NCBI GenBank assembly: GCA_963826115.1
Contig: CAWGVS010000005.1
Coordinates: forward strand, 928,001 to 992,000
Source of the DNA: an uncultured Candidatus Rokubacteria bacterium
GTDB lineage: Bacteria > Methylomirabilota > Methylomirabilia > Rokubacteriales > DASRDR01
Reading direction: 5' to 3'
DNA: 64,000 bases
Position 1 is the first letter of the stretch, and every line of letters begins with the position of its first letter. The notes beneath the pieces are model-generated. The model saw only the letters and a list, made by a program, of their open reading frames with translations, did no database searches and was not told the origin of the DNA. This document shows positions 40,901 through 51,563 of this stretch, piece after piece. The position numbers and the translations under genes are program-made.

Positions 40901-40947
40901 CGTAGGATCTCCTCCGGGTGAAGGTTGGACGGCCAGAGCGGCGCCCG

Positions 40948-41178
40948 TCACGAGTTCGGGCGCACCACCAGGGTCTCGGTGACCGTCACGCCGTCGATGG
41001 CCCGGATGCGGCCCACCACCTCGGAGGCCGCGTGCAGGTCCAGGGAGCGGATGAGCGCCACCATGTCATAGCGGCCAAACAGCTGGTACACGTAGGAGAG
41101 CCCCTCGATCTTGCGGAGGGCATCGAGCACCTCCGTCTCCTGCTGGGGCCGGCACCGGATCAGAACGCCCGCGACCAT
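40948..41178 (-). CDS. Stand-alone Lrp/AsnC ligand-binding (RAM) domain protein
   Basis: 76 aa; LFGRYDMVA, IRAIDGVTVTET; AGGAGG RBS; no HTH. Confidence 0.82.
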   Translation of the reverse strand: MVAGVLIRCRPQQETEVLDALRKIEGLSYVYQLFGRYDMVALIRSLDLHAASEVVGRIRAIDGVTVTETLVVRPNS

Positions 41179-41208
41179 CGGATTCCTCCTTGGCGGCCCG
41201 GAGGGCCT

Positions 41209-42271
41209 CTACCGCCTCGTCCCGTCCCCCCGCCCCGCGCCGGGCGACGCCTCGCTCCCGGCTACCGAGAGGATGGCCTTCACGCCCTGGCGCGACAGCA
41301 CGAACTCGAACGCCTCCTGAGCTTGGTCGAGCGGGAACACGTGGGCCGTGAGCGGCTCGACGTCCACGCCGTCCCTGGGCCAGAAGGCCCAGGGCGCGCT
41401 GATACTCCCGGTACGAGTAACAGATCGCCCCCATCAGGTGCAACTCCCCCCGGACGGCGGGCTCGAGATCGACCTGGACCTGCTTGTGGACGGTCAGCAG
41501 CACCACCGAGCCGCCCTTCCGCGCCATGCCGATGGCCTGCCCGAGCGCCTCGGCGTTGCCGGCGGCCTCGTAGACGAAGTCCGCCCCCCCGTCCGTCAGC
41601 TCGCGGACGGCGGCCACCGCGTCGCGCTGGCGCAGGTTGACGACCTCGTCGGCCCCCATGGCCCGGGCCAGCGCCAGCCGGTCGTCGCGGGTCCCGATGA
41701 CGACCACCCGGGCCCGGAGGATGCGCTTGATCACCTGGGTCGCAAAGAGCCCCATCTGGCCGGGACCCAGGACGGCCACCCACGACCCGGAGGTGACCGT
41801 GATCATCTCGAGGCCACGGATGACGCAGGCGAGCGGGTCCGCCAGCACGGCCGCCTCGTAGGATAGCCCCGGCGGCAGCAGGTGGACGTTGCGCGCCGGG
41901 ACGGCGACGAATTCGGTCATGCCCCCGTCGACGGTGACCCCGAGCTCCTCGAGTTTCTCGCAAAGGTTCACCCGGCCGACCTTGCAGTGGCGGCAGATGC
42001 CGCACCCGATGCAGATCTCGACCGCCACCGGCACGCCGAGCGGGATATCGGTGACCCGCTCCCCCACCGCGACGACGTCGCCGGCGATCTCGTGACCGAT
42101 GACGAAGCGGCGGCGCCGCGCCAGGTTCACCTCGGTGTAGATGCGCTGGTCGCTCCCGCAGATGCCGGCCATCCGCACGCGCACGAGCACCTCCCACGGC
42201 CCCACCGTGGGGACGGGGACGTCCTCGAGCACGATGCCGCGCTTGGCCGGATCCTTGACGACGGCGAGCAT
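41209..42271 (-). CDS. Zinc-dependent (MDR) dehydrogenase with apparent +1 frameshift near 41372
   Basis: GICGSD, GHE, CGICRHC...NLC, GPGQMG; the typical C-terminus (VDVEPLTAHVFPLDQAQEAFE...VKAIL) continues in another frame. Confidence 0.85.
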
Positions 42272-42284
42272 GCGGCGCAGTCCC

Positions 42285-43280
42285 CTAGAGCGAGCTCGCG
42301 TACCGCTGCCGCTCGAGCAGCCGCGCCGCCTCGCGCGCGAAGTAGGTGATGATCAGGTCCGCGCCGGCGCGCCGGATCGCCGTGAGGGCTTCCAGCATGC
42401 AGCGCTCCTCGTCGAGCCAGCCGAGGCGGGCGGCGGCCTTGATCATCGCGTACTCCCCCGACACCGAGTACGCCGCCAGCGGGAGCCCGAACTCCTGGCG
42501 CACGCGGGCGATGACATCGAGATACGGCAAGGCCGGCTTGACCATGACGATGTCGGCGCCCTCGTCGACGTCGAGTCCGACCTCGCGCAGGGCTTCCGAT
42601 GCGTTCGCGGGGTCCATCTGGTACGACCGACGGTCGCCGAACTGCGGCGCGGACTCGGCGGCCTCGCGGAAGGGGCCGTAGAAGGCCGACGCGTACTTCG
42701 CCGAGTACGCCATGATGGGCGTCTCGGTGTAGCCGGCCTCGTCGAGGGCCTCCCGGATCGCGCCGACGCGCCCGTCCATCATGTCGGACGGCGCGACCAC
42801 GTCCGCCCCCGATTCCATGTGCGAGAGCGCGACCCGCGCCAGGAGCTCCACGCTGGCGTCGTTCTTGACCCGGCCGTCCTCGACGAGACCGCAGTGCCCG
42901 TGGCTCGTGTACTGGCAGAGGCACACGTCGGTGATGACCAAGAGGTCCGGGATCGTCTCCTTCACCGCGCGGGCGGCCTGCTGGACGATGCCGTCCTCCG
43001 CGTAGGCCTCGGAGCCCCGGGGGTCCTTGCTCTGGGGCACGCCGAACAGCAGCACCGCGGGGATGCCCATGCTGGCCGCGTCCTTGGCTTCCTTCAGGAG
43101 CTCGTCGAGGGACAGGCGGGCCACGCCCGGCATCGACTCGACCGGGTCCCGCACGCCGCGGCCGTGGACCGCGAAGAGGGGCAGGATGAGGTTGTCGACG
43201 CCGAGTCTCGTCTCGCGCACCATGCGGCGGATCAGCGGCGACTCGCGGAGCCGTCGCGGGCGATACAGGGGATGGGCCAT
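42285..43280 (-). CDS. hemB: Porphobilinogen synthase
   Basis: [41 protein letters not shown]. Confidence 0.97.
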   Translation of the reverse strand: MAHPLYRPRRLRESPLIRRMVRETRLGVDNLILPLFAVHGRGVRDPVESMPGVARLSLDELLKEAKDAASMGIPAVLLFGVPQSKDPRGSEAYAEDGIVQQAARAVKETIPDLLVITDVCLCQYTSHGHCGLVEDGRVKNDASVELLARVALSHMESGADVVAPSDMMDGRVGAIREALDEAGYTETPIMAYSAKYASAFYGPFREAAESAPQFGDRRSYQMDPANASEALREVGLDVDEGADIVMVKPALPYLDVIARVRQEFGLPLAAYSVSGEYAMIKAAARLGWLDEERCMLEALTAIRRAGADLIITYFAREAARLLERQRYASSL

Positions 43281-43304
43281 GGAGTCCTCCTGCCTGGTCC
43301 CGGG

Positions 43305-44111
43305 TCAGTGCCGCAGCGCGGCCGGTGGTGACGTCGCGAAGTATCCGGCAATCGCGTCGGCGAGCGCCGGGACCGTGTATTCGTGGGGGATGACGCTGAC
43401 GTGGAGGCCGTGCTCGGCGGCGGTCTCGGCCGTGATCGGACCGATGGCGGCCACGACGACGCCGGCCAGCAGCCGGCCGGCGTCGCCCCGAGGAAGCTGG
43501 GCGAGGAGCCCGCGGACGGTCGAGGAGCTCGTGAAGGTCACGGCGTCGATCCGCCGCGCCTCGAGGAGCGCCACGACACGGCCCGCGTCCTCCCGCGCCG
43601 GCTCGGTGCGATACGCGGGCGCCACCGTGACCGGGACGCCCCCGGCCTCGAGCTCCCGGGGCAGCACGTCCCGGGCCTCGGCGGCTCGCACCAGGAGCAC
43701 CGTCTCGCCTGGCTGAACCCGCGAGAGCAGCTCGGCGACCAGGCCCTCGGCCCGATACTCCGCCGGGACCAGGTCGGGCTCCACGCCGTGCCGGCGGAGC
43801 GTCTCGCCGGTCTCGGGGCCGATCGCCGCCACCCGGATGCCCGCGAGGCTCCGCGCGTCGAGCCCCGCGTGCGTGAGGCGCTCCCAGAACGCCGCCACGC
43901 CGTTGACGCTCGTGAAGACGACCCAGCGGTAGGCGCCAAGCGATCCCACCGCGCGGTCGAGCGGTCCCCAGTCCTCGGGGGCCCGGAGCTCGATGGCGGG
44001 AAGCGTGACCGTCTCGGCGCCGTGGGCCTCCAGGAGCGCGGCGAGCCGGCTCGCCTGCGCCCGGGGGCGGGTCACGAGGATCCGGCGCCCTTCGAGCGCC
44101 CGCGCGCTCAG
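43305..44111 (-). CDS. hemD: Uroporphyrinogen-III synthase
   Basis: LEGRRILVTRP, VFTSVNGV, AIGPET, FTSSSTV; start uncertain (CTG 44111 or GTG 44075). Confidence 0.9.
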   Translation of the reverse strand: MSARALEGRRILVTRPRAQASRLAALLEAHGAETVTLPAIELRAPEDWGPLDRAVGSLGAYRWVVFTSVNGVAAFWERLTHAGLDARSLAGIRVAAIGPETGETLRRHGVEPDLVPAEYRAEGLVAELLSRVQPGETVLLVRAAEARDVLPRELEAGGVPVTVAPAYRTEPAREDAGRVVALLEARRIDAVTFTSSSTVRGLLAQLPRGDAGRLLAGVVVAAIGPITAETAAEHGLHVSVIPHEYTVPALADAIAGYFATSPPAALRH

Positions 44112-45034
44112 GCGACCCTCCCGGTCCGGACGATGTCCGCGGCTCCGGCGTCGAGGAGTCGCGCCGCGAGACGGCGGCCGAGGGCCTCGGGCTCGTCGGG
44201 GCTCCCCACCTCGCCATCGCGGAGCGCCCGGGCCCCGTCGGCCGTCGCGATGAACGCGTCGAGGCTCAGCCCACGCTCGACCCGGCGTGCGTACCCCGCC
44301 AGCGGCGTCGTGCAGGTTCCGCCGATCGCCTCGAGGAACGCGCGCTCGGCCAGCGTGGCCGTCCGGGTCTCGGCGTCGGTCAGCACCGCGGCCATCGCGA
44401 GGATCTCCGCGGCGTCCTCGCGCGCCTCGACGCCGAGGGTCCCCTGCCCTACGGCGGGCAGCATCTCCTCGGGCTCGAGCACCGTCGCGCTGGCATCCAG
44501 GAGCCCGAGACGGCGGAGCCCGGCCGCGGCCAGGACGATCGCGTCGTACTCGCCCGCCCGAAGCTTCCGGAGTCGCGTGTCGACGTTGCCCCGGATCGGC
44601 GCCGCCACGACGTCCGGCCGGCGCGCCAGGAGCTGGACGCTCCGTCGCGGGCTCGACGTGCCCACGCGCGCTCCCGGCGGGAGCGACGCGATGCCGGTCG
44701 GACGGCCGGCGACCAGCACGTCGCGCGGATCCGCGCGCCGAGGGAACGCGGCCAGGACGACGCCCTTCGGCCGCTCGGCCGGGAGGTCCTTCAGACTGTG
44801 GACGGCGAGGTCCACGCGACCCTCCCGCAACGCCTCGTCGATCTCCTGGACGAACAGCCCCTTGCCGCCGACCTCCGCCAGGGGCGCGGTGGCGAGACGA
44901 TCGCCGGAGGTCCGGATCGGCACCAGCTCCACGACGAGACCGGGCCAGGCGCGCCGGAGGCCCGCCGCGACCTCCTCGGCCTGTCGCAGCGCCAGCTGGC
45001 TGCCGCGCGTGCCGATGCGCACACGCTCGGTCAC
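44108..45034 (-). CDS. hemC: Hydroxymethylbilane synthase
   Basis: IGTRGSQLALRQ, GGKGLF, AVHSLKDLP, RGNVDTRL, GGTC. Confidence 0.96.
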   Translation of the reverse strand: MTERVRIGTRGSQLALRQAEEVAAGLRRAWPGLVVELVPIRTSGDRLATAPLAEVGGKGLFVQEIDEALREGRVDLAVHSLKDLPAERPKGVVLAAFPRRADPRDVLVAGRPTGIASLPPGARVGTSSPRRSVQLLARRPDVVAAPIRGNVDTRLRKLRAGEYDAIVLAAAGLRRLGLLDASATVLEPEEMLPAVGQGTLGVEAREDAAEILAMAAVLTDAETRTATLAERAFLEAIGGTCTTPLAGYARRVERGLSLDAFIATADGARALRDGEVGSPDEPEALGRRLAARLLDAGAADIVRTGRVA

Positions 45035-45876
45035 CGTGCCCCGTCCACCGCGGGGACCGCGCCGGCGAGCGCCCGGCCCGCGAGTCCGGCCAGGAGCGGC
45101 AGTGGATCGCCCGGGCGCACGCCGCGTCGGGTCGGGATCGGCAGCGACCCGAGATCGACCCGCCCCAGGGCGCCCAGGAGGCTCCGCTTCAGGCCGGGGT
45201 GCGTCCGCTCGAGCTCGCGGAGGAGCCGCTTCATGCGGTGGCGCTGGAGCGTCGGGTCCTTGCACCCGGGGCACGCGCAGCACACCACCGGGAACGCCCG
45301 CTCCCGGACATACTCCGCGATGTCCTCCTCCCACGCGTACACGAGTGGGCGGATGACGGTGTGGCGGCCGTTGGTGGCGCGAAGCCGGGCATGCATGCCC
45401 TTGATCTGTCCGTTGAAGAACAGGTTCAGGAGCAGGGTCTCGATGAAGTCGTCCGCGTGGTGGCCGAGGGCGATCTTGTTGCAGCCGAGCTCGTCCGCGT
45501 ACTTGTAGAGCGCCCCCCGACGGAGCCGCGCGCAGAGCGAGCAGAACGTCTCGCCCGGCTGGATCTTCTCCTTGACCGTCAGGTTGATGCGGGCGCTCCG
45601 CATCTCGTAGGGGTACCCCTCGCGGGCGAGGTAGTCCTCGATCAGGTCCGCCCGGAACCCCGGGAAGCCCTGGTCCACGTTGAGCGCCAGCAGGTCGAAG
45701 CGCACGGGCGCCCGCCGCTGGGTCATCCGGAGGAGGTGGAGGAGCGCCCAGGAGTCCTTGCCGCCCGACACGCCGACCAGGATCCTGTCGCCGGGCTCGA
45801 TGAGGCCAAAATCGCCGATCGCTTCGCCGAACCGGCTCGAAAGGCGCCGCTCGAGCCGCTGCTGGTCTTCGCTCAC
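45031..45876 (-). CDS. ttcA: tRNA 2-thiocytidine(32) synthetase
   Basis: SGGKDS PP-loop, CSLCARLRRG, LGHHADD, IRPL, CCACPGC. Confidence 0.9.
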   Translation of the reverse strand: MSEDQQRLERRLSSRFGEAIGDFGLIEPGDRILVGVSGGKDSWALLHLLRMTQRRAPVRFDLLALNVDQGFPGFRADLIEDYLAREGYPYEMRSARINLTVKEKIQPGETFCSLCARLRRGALYKYADELGCNKIALGHHADDFIETLLLNLFFNGQIKGMHARLRATNGRHTVIRPLVYAWEEDIAEYVRERAFPVVCCACPGCKDPTLQRHRMKRLLRELERTHPGLKRSLLGALGRVDLGSLPIPTRRGVRPGDPLPLLAGLAGRALAGAVPAVDGAR

Positions 45877-45908
45877 GCTGGTCGTCACCCTCCCGGCAGG
45901 ATTGAAGA

Positions 45909-45938
45909 ATTGTAGCGCCCCCCGTCCGGGCACTTCAA
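45909..45938 (-). promoter_or_regulatory. sigma70 promoter of ttcA-hemCDB
   Basis: TTGAAG-N18-TACAAT. Confidence 0.55.
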
Positions 45939-46054
45939 CCGACGTTCCCCGCCCGCGGCGCCAGGGGGCCGGACCCTCACCGCCTTGGCGGCCTGGCCCG
46001 GCGGCCACTTCGAGCGTGGGACTCCGGTTGACAGCCGGGGCCGCCTCGACCTAA

Positions 46055-46828
46055 ATGGCGGGCGTGATGGATCCGACGTTCCGGCTCGACGGCCGGGTGG
46101 CGGTCGTGACAGGCGGGAGCCGCGGCATCGGCCGCGCGGTGGCCCTCGGCCTAGCCCGGGCTGGCGCGGACGTGGTCGTGGCGGCCCGGAAGGTGGCCGA
46201 CCTCGAGCCGGTCGCGGAGGAGGTCCGGGCCCTTGGCCGTCGCGCCCTGGCGGTGCCGGCCCACCTCGGGCGGCGCCCGGACGTCGACCGGCTGTTCGAC
46301 GCGACCCTCGAGGCGTTCGGGCGGCTCGACGTCCTGGTCAACAACGCGGCCACGAATCCGGTGTTCGGCCCGCTACTCGACATCGAGGAGGAGGCGTGGG
46401 ACCGGATCATGGCGCTGAACGTGAAGGGGTACCTCCTCGCCGCGCAGCGGGCCGCGCGCGCAATGGCGCCCCGCGGCGGCGGCGCGATCGTCAACGTGGC
46501 CTCCACCGCCGGGCTGCGCGCGAGCGCCGGACTCGGAGCCTACTCGGTCTCGAAGGCCGCGGTCATCATGCTGACCCGCGTCCTGGGCCGGGAACTGGCG
46601 CCGCTCGGGATCCGGGTGAACGGCGTCGCGCCCGCGCTCATCGAGACGCGCTTCAGCGAGGCCCTGTGGAAGAACCCGGAGATCCTGTCGACCTACCTCA
46701 AGAGCACGCCGCTCGGCCGAGCCGGGCAGCCCGAGGAGGTGGCGGGCGCCGTCGTGTACCTCTGCTCGGACGCGGCCAGCTACGTGACCGGGCAGACGCT
46801 CCTCTTGGACGGCGGCCACCTGGCCTGA
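46055..46828 (+). CDS. Short-chain dehydrogenase/reductase
   Basis: [29 protein letters not shown]. Confidence 0.93.
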   Translation: MAGVMDPTFRLDGRVAVVTGGSRGIGRAVALGLARAGADVVVAARKVADLEPVAEEVRALGRRALAVPAHLGRRPDVDRLFDATLEAFGRLDVLVNNAATNPVFGPLLDIEEEAWDRIMALNVKGYLLAAQRAARAMAPRGGGAIVNVASTAGLRASAGLGAYSVSKAAVIMLTRVLGRELAPLGIRVNGVAPALIETRFSEALWKNPEILSTYLKSTPLGRAGQPEEVAGAVVYLCSDAASYVTGQTLLLDGGHLA

Positions 46829-46842
46829 CCCCGGGGCCCTCC

Positions 46843-48518
46843 CTACCCGCCGACCGTCCCCAGCGCCCGTCGCTCCGGGCAGGTTGCGGCGACCAGGCGA
46901 ATCGTCCCGGCGGAGCCCTGCCACACGATCTCGTGCGGGCCCGGCGTGAGCGGGAGCCAGCCCCGCGTCGCCGGCGTCCCGTCGATCGTGACCTCGAGCC
47001 CCGGCGAGAAGAACAGGAGGTAGGGGCCGTCGGCCAGGAGGTCCGCCACCATGCGGCCGCCTCCCTCCTCCGCCGTCACTCTCCGCGCCGGCCACCAGGA
47101 GACCCGTCGGGGCCGGCGACGTAGTGCTTCCGGAGGAGATCCGCCACCGGGCCGACCATCCCGCGGATCCGGAAGTCGACGTGCGCGATCGGCGCGCGCG
47201 CTTGGCGCATGTCGCCCGCGATCAGTTCCTCGGGGATGACGCCCCGCGCAACCCACTCGCGCACGCCGCGGATCAGGGCGCCGTACCGGTAGGCGGCCGG
47301 ACGGAAGACGTACAGCGCCGTCCCGTCCAGCACGGCGTCGCCCGGACACGCCAGACGCAGCTCGCGCCGCATGAGCCGGAGGTCGGCGCCGTTCTGGTTG
47401 CGCACGGCGAACACGAGGGTCTCGCCGGCGGGCACCACGACGGCCAGGGCGATCGCCGCCACCGCGAGGGTTCGCCGCAAGCGCGTGGGCTCCCGGCGGG
47501 CCCATTCCACCAGCGTGGCGAGGGTGAGGCCGGCGTACACCGCCACGATTGGAAGCAGCGGCAGCCAGGCGTGCTGGTAGACGGCCGGAGTCCGGGGCCA
47601 GAACAGGACGAGCACGCTGGTCAGGGTCGGCAGGAGGAGGACGCCGTGCACGGGGTGAGCGAGGATCCCCACCCTCCGCACCCGGACCACGAGGGCGAGC
47701 CCCAGCGCGGCGGCCACGAACGCGCCGATCTCGCTCCCGAACACGGGCCACGTCTTGCCGAAGTCCACGAAGCCGACCGAGTCCCGCACCACGTTCTGGT
47801 AGAGCCCCCGGAGCGCCGGCAGACCGCCGCCCACCGCGAAGGCGCCGAAGAGCAGCGCCAGCACCGCGAGAAGTCCGGCCCCGACCGTCGCGATCGCTTT
47901 CACCGCCCCCGTCCACCCCCGGGCGCGCCACGTCGGACCGCTCAGCACCACGATCGCGATCCCGGGGAGGGCGAAGACCGCCTTCAGCGACAGCGCCACC
48001 GCGGCGCCCTGCCACGCGCCGGCCGCCCACAGCCACCGAGCCGCTCCTTCCTCGCGCCACCGCACCAGGGCGATCAGGCTCGCGAGGTGCGCGACGAGGG
48101 CCAGGACGTCGGGACGGGTCTCCGTCGAGGTCTCGGCGAACTGCGGGAGGAACAGGAGGACCAGCACCGTCCACACCGCGCCCTGGGCCGACAGGCGCCG
48201 CGCGAGACGCCAGGTCAGGACGACCGCCCCCGCCGCGGCGAGCGTCATGAGCGCGCGCGCCGCGAAGTAGACCTCGGGCCGCTCGGCGAGCGCCGCCGTC
48301 AACGGCGCCATGAGGTAGTAGAAGAACGGAAGGTGATGCTCCCAGAAGTCGCGGTAGGGCACCTGGCCCTGGGAGATCAGCCAGGCCACGTGGAGGTGCT
48401 GGCTCTCGTCCGGGTCGATCCGGCGGTTCAGGACGACGCCGGCCCGGAGGACCACCGCCAGGGCCGCGAGGGTGATCAGGACCCCGGGGGCGAGCCGACG
48501 CATGGCGAGGCGCATCAT
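46843..48518 (-). CDS. Membrane glycosyltransferase-like (GT-C fold) protein with apparent frameshifts near 47102 and 47080
   Basis: DESQHLH, PYRDFWEHHLP, ETRPD, many TM; reading continues DG/LLVAGAE/VTAEEGGGRMVADLL across two frame changes. Confidence 0.7.
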
Positions 48519-48566
48519 ACCGCGGCCGGCCGCGTGAACCACGCGGCGCGTCCTGTGTGACGCGTT

Positions 48567-49685
48567 CTACGGCACCACGGCAAGGAAGAGAAACGCCGCG
48601 AAGATCACGAGCTGCACCACCCCGAGCATGATGCTCGTCCGAGCTCCCGAGCCGATCCCGATCGTGCCGACGACGAAGGTCAGCGCGAGGAGCGCCATGT
48701 CCTTCGCGTCCAGGCCCAGGACGAGCGGGGTGCCCAGGACGAGGCACACCGCCACCACCACCGGGATGGTGAGGCCGATGCTCGCGAGCGCGGAGCCCAG
48801 GGCGAGGTTCATGCTCGTCTGCAGGCGATCGGCGAGGGCGGAGCGGATGGCCGCGAGGGACTCGGGCATGAGGACCAGCAGCGCGATCGCGACACCGACC
48901 ACCGCGGGTGGCGCCCCCGCGCGGCGCACCGCGGCCTCGATCACCGGCGACAGCACCTTCGCCAGTCCGACCACCGCCACCAGCGCCGCCAGCAGGAGCC
49001 CGACGCTCGCCCAGGCCTGCCCGGTGGTGGGCGGAGCCGCATGGGCGGACTCGTCGGCGACGGCGCTGTCCGGCGGCAGGAAATAGTCGCGGTGCCGGAC
49101 CGTCTGGAAGAACACGAACACGCACCACATGACGAGCGACGAGACCGCCACGAAGCCGAGCTGCGCTGACGTGTAGCGGGGACCCTCCGCGCTGACGGTG
49201 AAGGCCGGCAGCACCAGCACCAGGGTCACGAGCGTGGCGAGCGCGGCCAGCGCCGGGCCGGCGCCCTCGATCCGGAAGCTCTGCTCCCGGTGGCGCAGCG
49301 CGCCGAGCAGCACGCAGGCGCCGACCACGCCGTTCGTGATGATCATGACGGTGGCGTACATCGTGTCGCGCGCCAGCTCGGCCTTGCCCTCGCCCCCGGC
49401 GAGCATCACCGACACGATCAGCGACGACTCGATGGCGGTCACCGCCAGCGCGAGCACCAGCGTGCCGAACGGCTCGCCGACCCGGTGAGCCACGAGCTCC
49501 GCATGATGCACGGCGGCCACGACCGCGCTCACGAGCGCGAGGCCGCAGGCGAGGCCCAGGGCCACTCCCAGCGGCTGCTTCAGCGACACGACGAGCAGCG
49601 CCACGGCAAGGACCGGCACGATCACCGGCCAGCGGCGGAGAAGCGCGCCTGTCCCTCGGCGGCCTGGATCGACGGCGGCGGTCAC
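48567..49685 (-). CDS. chaA: Ca2+/H+ antiporter (ChaA-like)
   Basis: AVHHAELVAHRVGEPFGTLVLALAVT, LARDT, NLALGSALASIGLTIP. Confidence 0.9.
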   Translation of the reverse strand: MTAAVDPGRRGTGALLRRWPVIVPVLAVALLVVSLKQPLGVALGLACGLALVSAVVAAVHHAELVAHRVGEPFGTLVLALAVTAIESSLIVSVMLAGGEGKAELARDTMYATVMIITNGVVGACVLLGALRHREQSFRIEGAGPALAALATLVTLVLVLPAFTVSAEGPRYTSAQLGFVAVSSLVMWCVFVFFQTVRHRDYFLPPDSAVADESAHAAPPTTGQAWASVGLLLAALVAVVGLAKVLSPVIEAAVRRAGAPPAVVGVAIALLVLMPESLAAIRSALADRLQTSMNLALGSALASIGLTIPVVVAVCLVLGTPLVLGLDAKDMALLALTFVVGTIGIGSGARTSIMLGVVQLVIFAAFLFLAVVP

Positions 49686-50500
49686 GGGGCGGCCCGCGCC
49701 GAGCCAGCCCGCGCGTGGCGGCCGCCAGGGAAGAGCCTCCAGGGGTAGAGCACGCGCAGGAGGTAGAGCCCGTGGGCTTCAGCCGTGGGTCCGGCCGCCC
49801 GGCGGTCGCGCCCGGCCAAGACCTCCCCCACCCATTCGGGCGGGCGCCGCCCGAGCCCGACCTCGACCAGCGTGCCGACGATGTTCCGCACCATGTGGTG
49901 GAGGAAGGCGTCGGCCGAGATCAGGACGCCGATCCTCCCGACCCCCGCCGCCACGACCCGTGCGGCGCGAACCGTGCAGACCGGGTCGCGCTCGCGGCCC
50001 GGCGCCGCGCAGAAGGCGGAGAAGTCGCGCTTCCCGCGGACCGGTGCGAGGGCGCGAGCCATCGCCGATCGATCGAGGGTCCGTCCCACGTGGAGCGCGA
50101 GCCCGCGGAGGAACGGCGACGGCACGGACGTCGTGTCCAGGAGGTACCCATAGCGCTTCAGGCGGGCGGCCCGGCGGGCGTTGAAGCCCTCCGGCGCGCC
50201 GCGCGCGGCCAGGACGCGGACATCCCGGGGGAGCGTCGCGTTGAGGGCCGCCATCGCGACACGCGGCAGGATGGGACGGGCGCTCTCCACGCTCGCGACC
50301 TGGCCGAGCGCGTGGACGCCCGCGTCGGTCCGGCTCGCGCCGACCACCCGGACGTCGTCGCCGGCGAGCGGCCGGAGCGCCTCGGCGACCAGGCCCTGCA
50401 CGGTCGGCGCGCCGGGCTGGACCTGCCAGCCGTGGTAGGCCGTGCCGTCGTAGGCGAGCAGGAGGGCGAGGCGGGCGGACGGCGCGCCGGGGTCGATCGC
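49682..50500 (-). CDS. truA: tRNA pseudouridine(38-40) synthase
   Basis: LAYDGTAYHGWQ, GASRTDAGVHA, FLHHMVRNIVG, HGLYL; start codon unresolved. Confidence 0.93.
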   Translation of the reverse strand, partial: AIDPGAPSARLALLLAYDGTAYHGWQVQPGAPTVQGLVAEALRPLAGDDVRVVGASRTDAGVHALGQVASVESARPILPRVAMAALNATLPRDVRVLAARGAPEGFNARRAARLKRYGYLLDTTSVPSPFLRGLALHVGRTLDRSAMARALAPVRGKRDFSAFCAAPGRERDPVCTVRAARVVAAGVGRIGVLISADAFLHHMVRNIVGTLVEVGLGRRPPEWVGEVLAGRDRRAAGPTAEAHGLYLLRVLYPWRLFPGGRHARAGSARAAP

Positions 50501-51517
50501 CTACCGGCTCGGGGTCACGCCGCCGAGCAGCTCCGCGATCTGCACGGCGTTGGTCGCCGCGCCCTTGCGGAGCTGGTCGCCCACGACCCAGAAGCTGAGC
50601 CCACGGTCGTGGGAGAGATCCTCTCGGATCCGCCCCACCACGCAGTCGTCCTGTCCCTCGACCGTCACCGGCATCGGGTACCGCGCCTGGTCCGGATCGT
50701 CCAGGACCCGGAGGCCCGGGAACCGTCCGAACAGCTCGCGCGCCCGCTCGACCGTGACCTTCTCCTCGGTCTCGACGGTGACCGCCACGGAGTGCGCGGT
50801 GAACACCGGCACCCGGACGGTGGTGGGCGAGATCCGCATGGCGGGCGCCTCGAGGATCTTGCGGGCCTCGTGGACCAGCTTCCACTCCTCGCCGGTGTAG
50901 CCGCCCGGGCCGAACTTGTCGATGTGCGGGATGAGGTTGAAGGCGATCTGGTGCTGGAAGAAGCTCGGGACGATCGCCTCGCCGCGCGCCCACGCGAGCG
51001 TCTGCTCGCGGAGCTCCTCGACGCCGCGGACGCCCGCGCCCGAAACCGCCTGGTAGCTGGTCGCCACCGCCCGCGTGACCCGGGCGGCGCGGTGGAGCGG
51101 CGCGAGCGCCATCACCGTGACCACGGTCGTGCAGTTCGGGCTCGCCACGATGCCCTGGTGCCCCTTGATGGCGTGCGCGTTGATCTCCGGGACGACGAGC
51201 GGCACCGCCGGGTCCATCCGGAACGCGTTCGACTTGTCCACCACCATGGCGCCCGCGCGGACGGCCAGCGGCGCGTGCTCCTTCGACTGCGAGGTCCCGG
51301 CCGAGAAGAAGGCGATCTCCACGCCGCGGAAGGCCTCCGGCGTCACCTTCTCGACGCGCACGGAGTCCCCCGCGAAGGTGACCGTCTTGCCCACCGAGCG
51401 CTCCGACGCGAACGCCCGGAGCTCGCGCACCGGGAACTTCCGCTCCTCGAGGATCCGGAGCGTCATCTCCCCTGCCGCGCCCGTCGCTCCTACCACCGCA
51501 ATCCGATGCCCTGCCAT
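50501..51517 (-). CDS. asd: Aspartate-semialdehyde dehydrogenase
   Basis: VVGATGAAG, VPLVVPEIN, SPNCTT, SYQAVSGAG, RVPVF, LRKGAATNAVQI. Confidence 0.96.
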   Translation of the reverse strand: MAGHRIAVVGATGAAGEMTLRILEERKFPVRELRAFASERSVGKTVTFAGDSVRVEKVTPEAFRGVEIAFFSAGTSQSKEHAPLAVRAGAMVVDKSNAFRMDPAVPLVVPEINAHAIKGHQGIVASPNCTTVVTVMALAPLHRAARVTRAVATSYQAVSGAGVRGVEELREQTLAWARGEAIVPSFFQHQIAFNLIPHIDKFGPGGYTGEEWKLVHEARKILEAPAMRISPTTVRVPVFTAHSVAVTVETEEKVTVERARELFGRFPGLRVLDDPDQARYPMPVTVEGQDDCVVGRIREDLSHDRGLSFWVVGDQLRKGAATNAVQIAELLGGVTPSR

Positions 51518-51563
51518 TCCCGTCCTCCGGTCGCCGCCTGGCGGCGGACCCCGCGCTCCCGCC

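Noticed and set aside
37145-40921. 1258-aa plus-strand ORF (also 31240-34575, 25299-27722, 51075-53747 and similar)
   Set aside because: Antisense shadows of well-supported minus-strand genes, expected at this GC content; no recognisable motifs.
50501-50503. Pyrrolysine recoding of the asd TAG
   Set aside because: No pyl genes in the window, and TAG serves as an ordinary stop for many genes here.
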